Part shown: positions 35,000 through 46,900 of the stretch, in pieces
How the letters are laid out: every line of letters begins with the position of its first letter
How positions within the stretch are numbered: position 1 is the stretch's first letter
Assembly: GCA_965644315.1 (NCBI GenBank)
Contig: CBFFRQ010000019.1
Coordinates: 1 to 64,000 of the forward strand
Length of the DNA: 64,000 bases
Direction of reading: 5' to 3'
DNA from: Caecitellus pseudoparvulus
Lineage: Eukaryota; Protista; Bigyra: Bicosoecida
The notes under the pieces: model-generated
The model's database searches: none
The model's input: only the letters and a program-made list of their open reading frames with translations
Told to the model about the DNA's origin: nothing
Program-made: the position numbers and the translations under genes

Positions 35000-36199
35000 A
35001 TTTCAGAATGTATGGCAGACCAGTTGTGTTAGGTGCACCGGCGCTCGACGGGAACGTCGAGGCGGTGTTGGCTGGTGCTGACACCTGCGCCCCAGCACTT
35101 CGCAGAACTTGCACAGCTCTTCGAAGCGCAGGGCTGAGCTTGCCTGCGCGACTTGAGGGTTGAGCTAGTTCTGCTTGGCTGTGACGTGGCACGTGTTTGT
35201 TCACTTTGGTGAGGAATGTTTGTCAGTGCGCAAACTGTGTCCGTGCCAGGTGCTCATGTGAACGAAAATGTGATTATATGGTTGGGTTGGTACAGCACAT
35301 ATCGGCAAAGGAGTGAGTGTTGGGGTGTGAAGCTGTGTTTGGGGCCAAGTACAAAGTATTTAAACAGCATTGGGACACTATTGCGTTCACTTGCATGGGC
35401 CGTTTGCTTGATATTGAGGCAAGTTCAGGACGTGTTTTGGTGGGCAACTTTGTCCTCGACTGTTGCGTTGTCCCACAGGACCATCCAGGCGCTCCCCATG
35501 AGTGAAACCAAACCGAAAGTCCATGAAATCACGAGATCTTGTGTCTTGGTAGTTAAGGCATCTTCTGATCGTCTCTCTCTCGAGAAAACCACCAATCAGC
35601 ACCGACCGTTGCGGAATGCGGAACTTGATAAGCCGCCCCAAAGGCTCCGGCGCCTAGTACACGCTCAGGAGCTCACTTGCGGCATAAAGAGTCGGGGGCT
35701 TAGGCCTTAATGTAAATTCAGTGCATTCTAGACTGATTAATTGTGCTGTACCGTCTTGTACACTTCCAGAGAAGATTGTGAAAGTACTTTTGTGTTACTT
35801 ACTTCCCCTTGCATGTGTCTTGTACTTCTTTCCCCTCATTTACCTCCAGAAATGCACTCTTCACTGTATTTCCATCAGAACTGGATACTAACGGGAAAAT
35901 TCAACAGGCGCTTGAACATTGAAAGGTATGGTAGGCTTCTTGCTTGCCTCATGTGCTCAGGAGACTCGGCAAACGGCCCGGCGTGGCGTTTCATCTGGCA
36001 CTCTTACCTGGCCGAGTTCCATGTGGACCCACAGAGTGTGTGGTAGAGTGCAGGATGGCTATGATCCTGCAAGAAGCGTTATTTGGTGGCATATATTTCG
36101 AGGCGTAAAATAAGCTCAGAACTGCTTCGTTCTTTGTGGGTTTGGAGGCCGTCTTTGTCGGACTGGTTCTGGGGTGAAACTCCCGTGAAGCTTGGCCAG

Positions 36200-38843
36200 T
36201 CAGAAAGCGCATGCGCTCGTGCACCGCGGCCGTTTGGACAGATTTTGCACGGGTTTGTTTCCTATGGACCTCTTCATCCCACCAGTACGAGCTTTCGTCT
36301 TGGCCCCACCGACGTGAGCTTCTGTCTGGGCCGTCCCACCCTTTGGACCAACCTTTGCCCCCGCACGTTTGCGGCCTGTCTCGGCCCCACTCTGCTTCTG
36401 AGTCTTGACCTCTTCATCATGGACAGCTGCCTCCGCCTGCATCATTTGGGCTACCTTCCTCACCTGTCCTTCCGTTGCGTGTGCTGCAGAGGCAACCCGT
36501 GATACCAGTGTTCTCTCGTTGTAGGGGCAGGTCCCATCCTTGCGGGCCTGCTGCTTTTCCAGGAACAGCTGGCGAATCTCATGTTCTAACTCCGGGGTGA
36601 CAGACGAGGTGGCCCTGTGGTACAAGGGCAGACCAGAGGCCTCGTCTTCCTTGAAGGATGGTGGGGCGGGTGGAACTGGGTTGCGTTGAAGCGCCGCAGT
36701 GATCTCTCCATCACCAAGTTCAGTGACACTAGAGCACAACGCAGACAGCAGATCCAAGCTGTCTGCTGCTTTGCCCGCCTTGGATCGCGTCTCGCGCTTG
36801 CGACTGTGCGAGTTGGTGTACTTAGACAGCAGCTTGGCAGCAGTGGCTTGGTTCCTCTCCAGCCAGTACAGTGTCAGGTTCATCTTGGCCACATCGAGGC
36901 GGGTTGAAGTCCCTGCCGTCACCATGTCTCGCATCCCAGCGTGTAGGCTCTCGCTTCCCCCTGTTGTCGTCGCGCCGTGAACCGCATCTCGCCCATTCAT
37001 CAGACCCTGAATGCCGACTAAGTTCTTGCATGAGGCCTTGACTCGGGATCGAGTCAGTGCGTAGGGGGATCCTTTCTCAAGGATGCCGTGAATGGGAGCA
37101 CCGCGTACAACAGATGTGGCACCACTCTCGCTGGGGGGCGCCCAGACTACCTCGAAGAGCTTGGCAACCCGCTTCAGCTCAGCCTGAGCTTGGCTCACGT
37201 TGTCTGGACCCACGTGCAGAGGAAGCATGGGAATGGCACCTTCACCTTCATGTACGCCTTCAGCAGTCACAGTGAATGGCTGGCCGCGGGAGCGGCGATG
37301 CAGCATGCCGGCAGCAGCGGCACAGGCAGCAGCAAGAGCGAGGGGGACATGCTCGCGAAGCCTCGCAGCAGCCCCAACTGCACACCCTGGCCCGTACACA
37401 GCCCATCCAAACTTGGCAAGGAGTGAGTTGACCACCCCCTGCTGTCCCTGGCTCAGGGGCTTGCGTGCAAGGATAGCATGGGCGCAAGCTTTGAATCCCT
37501 TCATCGCTTCCCTTGCAGAGGGCAGGTAATGCAACTGCTGATCAATGTCTCGCTCTGGCAGCATCAAGCGCGAAGACACTTCCGTTCTGGGGGGCGTCCG
37601 TATCCAGTGAACAGTGTCAAACCAGAGCCGTGAGATCATCTTGCCATCTTGGTGCACGGATTTGCTGGGAATGGTCTTGGTCACGCGGCTGGCAAAGTGC
37701 CAAGGGTCCACCGCGAACCGCACCACGCCTTTCCGCAGCAGTGGGAAGTGCACGTCGATGGTTTTCTGCAGGGTGTGCTGGTGGGTCTTGAGGTTGTCCA
37801 TTGTGATGACGATGGGGTGGGACGCCGCCGGGCCGCGCTCCCGCAGGTGCCCCTTCAGCCTGCACAGCACTAAGCCCAGGACCCAGGCCAAGTTTGCCGC
37901 GCTTTCGTATCCCGTGAACATTGTAGGCTGCAGGATGAAGCCGTACCGGCCCACAACCGTGGCTATGCAGGGAGCCACCCGCCAACGAGTCCTGTGTGTG
38001 GCCTGCGTGGCGCAGCCTCCGCTGCCCGCACAGGCTTCTTCCTCTGCACCCTTGTCACTGCCACTGTCGCTGTCTTCTTCCCCATCCGGCCCTTTTTCGG
38101 CCTCTCCCTCGCCCAGCTCGTGCTGTGTTCTCGCTCGCGCCGCTCTGGCCCTGCGCAGTGGCTGTGGACCTGCGACGTGCACCCGGATCGAAGATGCAAA
38201 GGCCCGGTCCACGCCGATGTTGTCAGCGAAGCGTGCGAGGGCCTGCAGGTACCCCTCCACATGCGGCTTGATAGCGACATGGTAGATGTGCAGGGCGGCG
38301 TCCCACAGAGCCTTGCCATTAGTGCTGGATCACACCCTGCCCACGACGTGCTTCACGATCCAGCGCACGGCTTGAGCCAGTGCATGCTGCACCTCAGGGC
38401 ATACGCCGACAGAGGGGTGCTTCCTGCAGAGTGCCCTTTTCCAGGAGTTTACCTTGTGTTCGAAAGGCCGCGTGACGGCTCGCGAGAGGCTGCGTGGACC
38501 TTGACCGTGCCTTCGCGGCCGTGCACGGCGGAGCACTCCCAGAGGCGATTGACACACACAATGTAGATAGTGAGATGTGTCGGGGGGCGAGGGCTATGCA
38601 GCCGAGGAAGTTGGGTATAGCTTGCGTGTGGGGATTGCGCTCGCAGAGGCGAAGTTGACGCCATGCTGGGTTGGGCCATGGTTTGAGCTGCTGCTGTGGG
38701 GCCGGAGGCAGCTTGAAGAACGAATAGTCACCCAAACGTGCTCGTATGAGACGTGAAGCATGCGCCATGGCAGGGAGATTTCTGGCAGTGGTGTATTGAT
38801 GGGCCTTTCTGAGGAATCTTTGGGCCTGGATCTCTCTACCCAC
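36200..38843 (-). pseudogene. Degenerate DDE-transposase-like gene (Mutator/ISL3-like motif layout)
   Basis: IATVVGRYGFI, ITMDN, AVDPWHF, TTTGGSESLH; in-frame TGA at 38330-38332 and a probable frameshift near 38585; no terminal repeats identified. Confidence 0.45.
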
Positions 38844-39154
38844 ACGAATCTACCCCAGTGTCCATACCGGCACCATGTCCAACGCTCTTCAAGCAAAGTT
38901 GCTGTATTATCAGTGACAGCTCGCACTTCTCACAGCCCAGGTTTCGCACAATTATCTTATCATCCTAGGAAACACCTAGAGCTTCAAGTGCACGTGGTTC
39001 AGGCCTTCACAGCCAATCCCAACCTCAGCAAAAAAACATATCAAGACACTTTCCCCACGTTCACACCTTCTTCGTCTAGTTGAGCAAAATCGGCTCCAAG
39101 CAGGCCACGGGATATGCCGCTCATAGCAGCCCTGGCTGCTAGGCGCTCACTATC

Positions 39155-40084
39155 TCATCGTGGACGCACAGAAGCGCGCAGGTTTAGCATGCCTCTGCGG
39201 TACAGTTCCCAGCTCCTGTGCTTCTCCCAGTGGAGAAGGAGGTCCTTGAAGGGCCGGTCCCTGGGTTTGATGCGGGCGACCGGGTGCACGCCTCTGTTGT
39301 TGGCAATGCGGGGGTCACACCCCCTCTGGAGCAGCGGCAAAAGCAGGTCTGTGCGGCCCATCGACACTGCTATGTGCAAGGGTGTCCTGCCTAGGGCGTC
39401 CCGTTCGTTGATGTCTCCGCCTGCTCGCAGTGTGGCGTCAATGCACTCCAGGTTGCCTGCCTTTGTTGCCAAGTGCACGGCTGTGGATCGCGGCTTCTTT
39501 GACCGAACGACTCGTGCCCCCTGCTCATGCAACCAAGCCACCATTGCGGCGTTGCCCTGCGCCGCTGCCAGCTCAAGGGGCGTCTCTCCTCTGCGTTTGC
39601 TGGCGATGTCAGGCCTCGCGCCCAGCGCAAGGAGGTGCTTCACAACGTCTGCCGCCCCAGCGAGCACTGCCTGCTCCACTGGCGTGGCATAGAATTTGGC
39701 GTGTCCGACAGTCTTCGGGGTGGGGTTTACTGGCACCTTCAGGTGGTCAGTGACAAACTGCACCATGTCCTTCGAGCCAGAGCTGCAGGCGCCCAGCAGC
39801 AGCTTGTAGTCGCTGCGCTTGGACCGCCACCTGATTGCGGGAGAGGAAGACTCCGCCGATTGTATGAGAAACTCAAGTATCTGCAGGCTGCCGCTCTGCG
39901 CGGCAGCTGTGAAGGCGCTGGGCTTGGCATGCAAGCTGGACTTGGAGCCAGGTGGCGCTGCCAGCACCTTGGTGAACTGTGAGTGAGAAGCCAAGGCTTT
40001 CACCTTGTCCACTGCCCCTTCGGAGATTGCCTGCAGAAGGCGCTCGTACATGATCTGCGTTGGGAGTTCGCCCTTTGCTGCCAT
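39155..40084 (-). CDS. Ankyrin-repeat protein
   Basis: GETPLELAAAQGN, STAVHLATKAGN, GRTPLHIAVSMGR; intact 309-aa ORF starting at ATG. Confidence 0.9.
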   Translation of the reverse strand: MAAKGELPTQIMYERLLQAISEGAVDKVKALASHSQFTKVLAAPPGSKSSLHAKPSAFTAAAQSGSLQILEFLIQSAESSSPAIRWRSKRSDYKLLLGACSSGSKDMVQFVTDHLKVPVNPTPKTVGHAKFYATPVEQAVLAGAADVVKHLLALGARPDIASKRRGETPLELAAAQGNAAMVAWLHEQGARVVRSKKPRSTAVHLATKAGNLECIDATLRAGGDINERDALGRTPLHIAVSMGRTDLLLPLLQRGCDPRIANNRGVHPVARIKPRDRPFKDLLLHWEKHRSWELYRRGMLNLRASVRPR

Positions 40085-40933
40085 GGCTGAAATCTGCGTG
40101 GATTGACAGGGAACAGACTTGGCGTGGTGGCGGGCCGTTGTAGGTTCTGCAAATTCCGCAGGGAAAGCCAGGTAGCTGTCAGCAACCCTCCTCCCCGCAA
40201 CACACCATCAGGCCATACCATGCAACAGAGCAGCCCATACGAATGTGGCATTGGAGCTGAGCCCTCGCTTGTTTAGCAACAGTGGGGCTTGTGCACTGCT
40301 GCCTGAAACACACACGACACTCAACACGACAACGCCTTCGGACGCGACACACAAGGCACACGCCGTGCAAAGCACAGGAACGAGTCACAATATCATGCTA
40401 GGTACTGCTTTACTCCCCGTAGACATGCGCACGTACAGTTTGCAGGGGTGGGGGAGTGACTGGGGGATGCTTGGTGTGTGCTTCGCCGTGTGTGCAAGCG
40501 GAGGCACAAGCTGAGCGTCAAAGAAAGCGGACGATGTTGTGGATTTTGATTTACACTTGCGACTCTCTTGCATGAGTGCTGCTTCTCCCCTACGTCTTTC
40601 AATGCCAAGGGCCTAGCCCCCCCCCCCGCCGTGGGCCCTGCGCAGACACTGGCGCAAGAACCGATGCCTGGCCTTCACATAACCGACAAGCCCCAGGCCC
40701 CTAACCAAACTCCGAGCGACACGCTAGTGTTCAAGCCATAAGTACCAGGCTCGTGATCGACCTCCACGCCTGAAGTTGAACACAACCTCCAGTCATTGGG
40801 CCCGCGAGCAACAACAGGCTTTGGATATGCCTGCCCAGCTCCAACTGAACTACGAAACTTGCGTCAAGGCACAATGCACCACACTTCCTTACAACCCAAG
40901 GCCTTTCCACCACCTACGTTTCCCCCGAACTTT

Positions 40934-43900
40934 TCAACGCCTGGGCTGCTGGATGGAGGGGGAGGAGAGGTCTCGGGGAAGGAGCAAGTCCGATTCACTG
41001 CGCGTCAACGGGGCAGTGTGCGCGTAGAGGGACTGCAGGGCATCTTTGCGTTGGGTGCGGTTGAGTTTGGCCAGGTCACGAATGGCTCGGGCCACTCTTC
41101 GCGCCCGTTGCTCGTACAGCACACGCGCCATCGCAAAGACGACAAGTGAGCCGCCGACCAAGATGACCATGGTGATGGTGGAGAAGAGCTCTGCACTGGC
41201 ACGAGCAGCGTCGTCGATGGCGAGCTTGGTGCTGTCGTCGCTGGACACTGCCGCGCACTTGGCGTTGAGATCCAGCGCTGTGACGGCCACGACGACGAGG
41301 GAAGACACTGACGCTGCACTGAGCACCAGCTGCATGCCAATCTCCAGCACGTTGGCCCAGCGGGAGTACCAAGGCTTGAACTGGATCGCCGCAGACAAGA
41401 CAGTGAAGTACAGGGCGGTGAGGATGGCGGATTTCGGGAGGGGCTCCTGCACCGCCGTGTCCACGGCAGCCACGACGTTGCGAAGGAGGAGGACTGCGGC
41501 GGTCCACCAGTACATGTGCGACCTGAGTCCCAGGGACAGGACGCTGAAAATGCCATCCAGGGAGCACAGTCTCAAGCAGACGAGCTGCGGGCACCACGTC
41601 GCGCAGGGGGAGGGAGCAGCCATGATCTCCTCTGCCTCCCCCACATCCACAGGCACCATGTCTGCATCGACGTGCACAGCCAGGCGCCGAGGGGTGTAGC
41701 CGCACATCATGCGGGCCAAGACAGCAAGGGGCAGTGCAGCCAAGGCAAGGAACCCCACCCACCCCAGGCCCAGCCGCAGGGGCGTCGCCTCCACGTCGGG
41801 GGCAAACTGCAGCACTGCAGGGCCGGTCCCAGCCGGGTTGCTCGTCAGCTGGACGTTGTCCAGCAGCGTGGTGGTCAGGGACGTGTACACGAACATGCCA
41901 AAGAACACGGCCGCTCGGAGGAACTCCGCGGCAGTGGGGGCGCGTAGCCAGCTCCAGTCCATGTTGGCGCAGGAGCCGCGCCAGGCAAGCCGGCACTGGG
42001 CGCCAACAGCGGCGCAGGGCAAGCACGCCGGCTGCCGTGTGCCTTGCGAAGGCAGCAGGGACTTTGTCAAGTCATCATGTGGCTCACGTGCTGCAAATTG
42101 GGGATGGGGCGAGGGTGGTTGCTGGCTGGGCGTGGCTATGGACACCACCAGTCCGAACAGCGCCCACATGCAGTAGCCGACGACGGGAATGACAAAAGGC
42201 AGCCCAAGTGCGTGCACGGCACGGACGCCTTCTGACAGGCAAGGGACGAGGAGGGAGACGGATTCGGACTGCACGGGGGCGCGTGCAAACCCTGGGGCAG
42301 CGCAGTCGCCGCTGTCCAAGCCGCCTGGCCCCCACTGCCGCCCAGCAATGCCCAATCCGCCAGTGGAGAACTGCTTCGCTGTGGAGGCGGCGAGGCGGAC
42401 AGCTTGTGAGAGGTAGTTGCTGCCCACGGTCGCGTCGAGGATGGGGTCCACCAGCAGCACGAATGAGGTCATGATGAGCAGCACGACGGACACTCCAGCC
42501 ACGTCGGCGTGGCGCAGGGGGAGTGTCACGGACTCTGGTGCGGCGCTGCGCTCAACTCGCGGTCGGGAGGTGGGGCTGGGCGTCGGGTGTTCAGCGTCGT
42601 CTTCTGCTTGCGGGCTGCTCTGCACGTCAAGAGGCGTCTGCGCTGCTTCGCCCCCCTGTACATCCTCCCCCACCTCTGCAAGTGTTGCGAGGAGCTGTGC
42701 GTGCGCAGGGGGCAGCTTGTGGCCCGGCATGCGCGAGTCCCACGGCAACACAGGCTCGTACCCCACCACTCGGCTGCGGTCAATCTCAAATGGGCGCCGG
42801 TGCCTACCACGCGGCCCACGCTCCAGGGTGGTGTGCAAGGCGCCTGCGCCATGCGTCAACTGCTGCGCAGAGCAGCAGCATGCCGGGCACTGACAGGACA
42901 GGCCATCACAGCACGTGTGGGCACATGCGTTCACACACGCAGCTGCGCAATTGCACAGGTACCCGAACAGGTGCAGCGTGTACAGCAAGCCAAGCCCCAT
43001 GATGGCCAGACCCGCTGCCCACGCCGGCATGCAGTTCCGTTTTGACGTGCAGGCGGTGGTGAAAAGGACAAAGCGCGCGTCAGGCTCGCACTCGGAGCAC
43101 AGTGGGGACGCTGAGTCGTGCCCTGGCGTGCAGTACTGCCTCCACACCAGGGCGTCACCGGAACGCTGCACCATGCCGCCTTGACACAGGCCTGCGACAC
43201 ACTTTGCCGGCTCCGGGTCAAACAGGCGCAGGGAGCTGTTCTGGCCGCGAACAGCACCACAGTCTGGCAGCAGGCTGGCCGGCGCAGTGTCTGGCTGCCA
43301 GCACCCGACGATGGTCCCGTTCGCCTTGTAAAACCCTTGCTGGGCACTGGCGCGCCAGCCGCCGTCGAAGCCGCCGGGGCACCGCAGCGCCTTGGGGCAG
43401 GCAGTGCAGGGGACGTCTCCACCCGGAGCCCAGGTGCCTGGCGGACAGGGCAGGCAAGAGTGGGCGGACTCGCCCGTTCCAGAGAAGGCCGTGCCGGCCG
43501 AGCATGTGAGCATTTTCACCGACAAGCTTGTCTCAGAGGACGGCGAGTTTGGCCCCTGCAGCGTCAACTTGAAGGTGCACGTGGAGCCAGGCACGCCAGT
43601 AACATTCACAGCCAACGGCACTTGTGCCTTGCCCTGTGAAGGGGGCGCCCACAAGCCACTGTGCTGGTGCGCTGGGACGTGCAGGACGCCTGTGTCATTC
43701 ACCGCAGCTGACAGCTGCACACGCAGCAGCCCTGGCAGCACGGAGCAGAAGCGAGCGTCAGGGTCCGTGCTGGCTTGGTTGCTGATGGCTACGACCCAGT
43801 CTGCCGCTGCGGAGCCTCCTGCCCACGAGCCGCCAGCATCCACAACTCGTAGAGTTGCCGCTGGCGTAAGGGACATGCCTGCGACTGCCGTGAGATTCCC

Positions 43901-46900
43901 TGAGAAGTTCTGCTGCGCCAACGTGACCGCAAGCCCTTGCAGAGGGCCAGCGACGTTGCTGCCGTACACCGAGGCGGTGGCAGGGTTGGTCGCGTCCGTT
44001 TCCACGACCAGTTGACTCTCCAGTTGGGTGCAAGCGGCCGGGTCTTCACAGAACGCAACACCGCCTGCCACAGCTGCCGAAGTGTTGCCCACCGATAGCG
44101 CTGGGGCCGGTGGCGGTTCGGTCAGGCTACACATGCAGCTTGATGAGTTCAACGTTACGGGGGCGCCCAGTGGAGAGGGAACTTGGGCCTGTTCTGCGAC
44201 AAAGTCCAGGCTTGCGGGGCCCCACAGGAGGCACGCTCGGTGGTGCAGATACAGTCCTCCCCCGAGGCCACACGTGGAAGGCAAGCCCACAACTGCGCTG
44301 TCAAGTTCACCGGCCAGCACCGCCTCTGCAGCTGCATCCAGGACCTTGCTGCCGACACTGGTGTGCTCCACCCGCACAGTGGGCTGCATCCCCGTGTCGC
44401 TCGGCACCTGCACCAGGCGCGCGTTGTCATCCAGGAACACCGCCGCACCACGACAGCTAGTCGCCTGCTGCACCATCACGGGGCCAGCGAGTGCTAAGGT
44501 GCTGTACGCGAAGCGCACCTCGCCTGGACTACTGCCGCTGTTGGCAGAGTATTGGAGGAGCAAGTCACAGCCTGCTGCGAGGCCGACTGACGTCGCGGGG
44601 CCGATGCCGAACCGGCTCTGGGCCAGGACATCCCAGCCCTTAAAGCACATCCAAATGGGGGCCACGCCGATGCTGGCCCCAGAGCTGTGTCGAGGGGTTG
44701 CAGCCTCCAACTGCCCCCCGCTGATGGCTGCCGCCGAACGCGAGTTCGCACCAGCGGCAAAGAGCCCCCCCCCTCGGCCGGCGAAGCCACAGTGCAGGAG
44801 GGTCACATTGGAAAGGGAGACGAAGGCGCCCCCATGCGCTCCGATGCAGGGGCCTGCAATGCTGCTGCCTTCGCGCTGCCCTGCTCCACGCACCACCACT
44901 CCATCCAGGGTCAGCCACGCAGTGCTTGCGCCGGTGATGAGGGGCAGCGTGGTGGTATTGCCGATGGACACTGCCTGGGGCGGGGCACGCATGTCTTCCA
45001 GCTGCACGTCGCTCAGTGTCGCTGCCAGGGACGGCACCCAACCAGCCGCCCCAGGAAACAGCACACACACCTCCGCCGCGACCATGGTGCAGACGATAGA
45101 TGGCGTTGGGAGGGAGGGGAACAATGTCGAGGCGCCTGTCAGCACCAGCCCTGGGCGCAGGACGACAATGGGCTCCTGGGCCTGCGCCTGCAGCCCTCCT
45201 GCTGCAGCTTCCAGCCCCTGCTGCAAGAGGGTCTCAAATGCCCCCGCGTCGCCCGCACACGCGGCGTCTTTCAGCACCGTCGATCCCTTGTTTGAAGCAA
45301 GGGAACACACCAAAGCAATGGTGCCCAGGGATACGACATCCCCCGGCCACGCAGCGTCCATGGCCAGATGCACCAGCTCCGTGAAGCAGTAGCCAGGGTG
45401 CAGGGCGCAGGCCAGCAGAAACGTGGAGTGCGTCGTGTTGATGGCGTCGGGGTGCTCGACACGCTTGAACTTGACAGCCGCCCCGCGCCCGTCGAAACCC
45501 TGTGACGTCACCAGCCCGCTCGTGAATGCAGAGGACTGCAGGCGGGAACTGCGGGACTGCACGAGAAGTGCAGGAAAGCACCACGCAGCGGTGCAGGCGT
45601 CATCGGATGGGCCCAGCACCATGCCAGACTGCGTGGGGGCAGGCGCGGTCCCCCCCACGCCCAGCAAAGTGCCAGACACCAGTGACTCGGACCACGCTTG
45701 CGACTCCCACTTGCCCCAGCACTGGCGCAAAGGGTCTGCGCCGCTGCACTGCACTTGGGTCAAGTCAAACGCCCACAGAGCGCCCAGGCGCCCGCCGATG
45801 TCCTGTGGTGCCTGTCGGCTGGCTCCAGACAGCCACAGCGTGGTGTTGTCTTGCACGGTGAGGGTGGGGCGCAGGAGCTGGGGGGACAGCGCAAAGGGGC
45901 CGCCTGCAGTGCTCACGTGGTTCCACACGCGCCAGGTGAGTGAGGTGAGGTTCAAGCTGACGAGGAAGTACAGTGGGGCGTTGGCCTCCGAGCCCTCCGC
46001 CAGCACACCAACGCCGCCGTACGACCACACAGTGCCCGATGACCCATCGCACACCACTGCTGAGTTGGCACGCCCACACAGCCAAGGCGCTGACGTCGGG
46101 TGGCAGATCAGGCTGGTCACGTCAGTCAGCGTGTCGGTCGTGTCATTCAAGTCGACCAGGAGCGCTTGCTGCGCCGTCGGCTGCAAGCAAGACGCGCCGT
46201 CGAAGCAGCCCCCCAGCACAAGGACCCTGTTCTGCCAGCCAGCCGCAGCAACTGGCCCAGTGAAGACCATGACTGCGCGATCCAGCAGCGTCGGGGCATT
46301 GGACATGACGGTGTACCCTCGCAGCATCCCCAGGTCACCTTGCTGGGGCAGGGGCAGCGCCACCGCTTGGCGTGGCAGCTGCACGCTGATGTCAGAGTCC
46401 CGCGGAGTGTGCAGGGCGATGGAGCCTGCCGGACTGTCCACCACACCCAGCAAGCGGACATCCACCCACGAGCCGTTCCACGGCTGCATGAACCAGCCCG
46501 GAAACAACGACGTCGCACTGGTCTCGTACTGCGCACAGGCGATCATGTCTTGCTGGTAGGCCGTTGGCACAGAGGGCAGCCAGTACCGGCACACAGGTTG
46601 CCGAAGGGGCAGGGTGTTTGCGACTGCACGAAGGGAGGCGGCGGGCGGCAGGTGACCTGCCGCCGGGCTGGCGTGCCACGCGCCTGCAGTGTGGTACGTG
46701 CCTACAGAGGCCAGGCGGCTGGTGGTGCTGTCCCGCAGCGGCCCTTGCACTGTGACAAACGGCACAGAGTCGGGTGCTTGCCCCGAAGGGTCGTCCTTGA
46801 AGTCAAAGTCTGTCACCTTGTACAGCCCTGCGCCATACAACCAGATGACGCCCCCGCTCTGGCTTGCAGAGAGACCCGAGCGGCCGAATGCGGAGGGCCC

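Noticed and set aside
38330-38332. Selenocysteine at the in-frame TGA of the transposase-like gene
   Set aside because: No redox motif context, no SECIS seen, and a nearby frameshift points to decay
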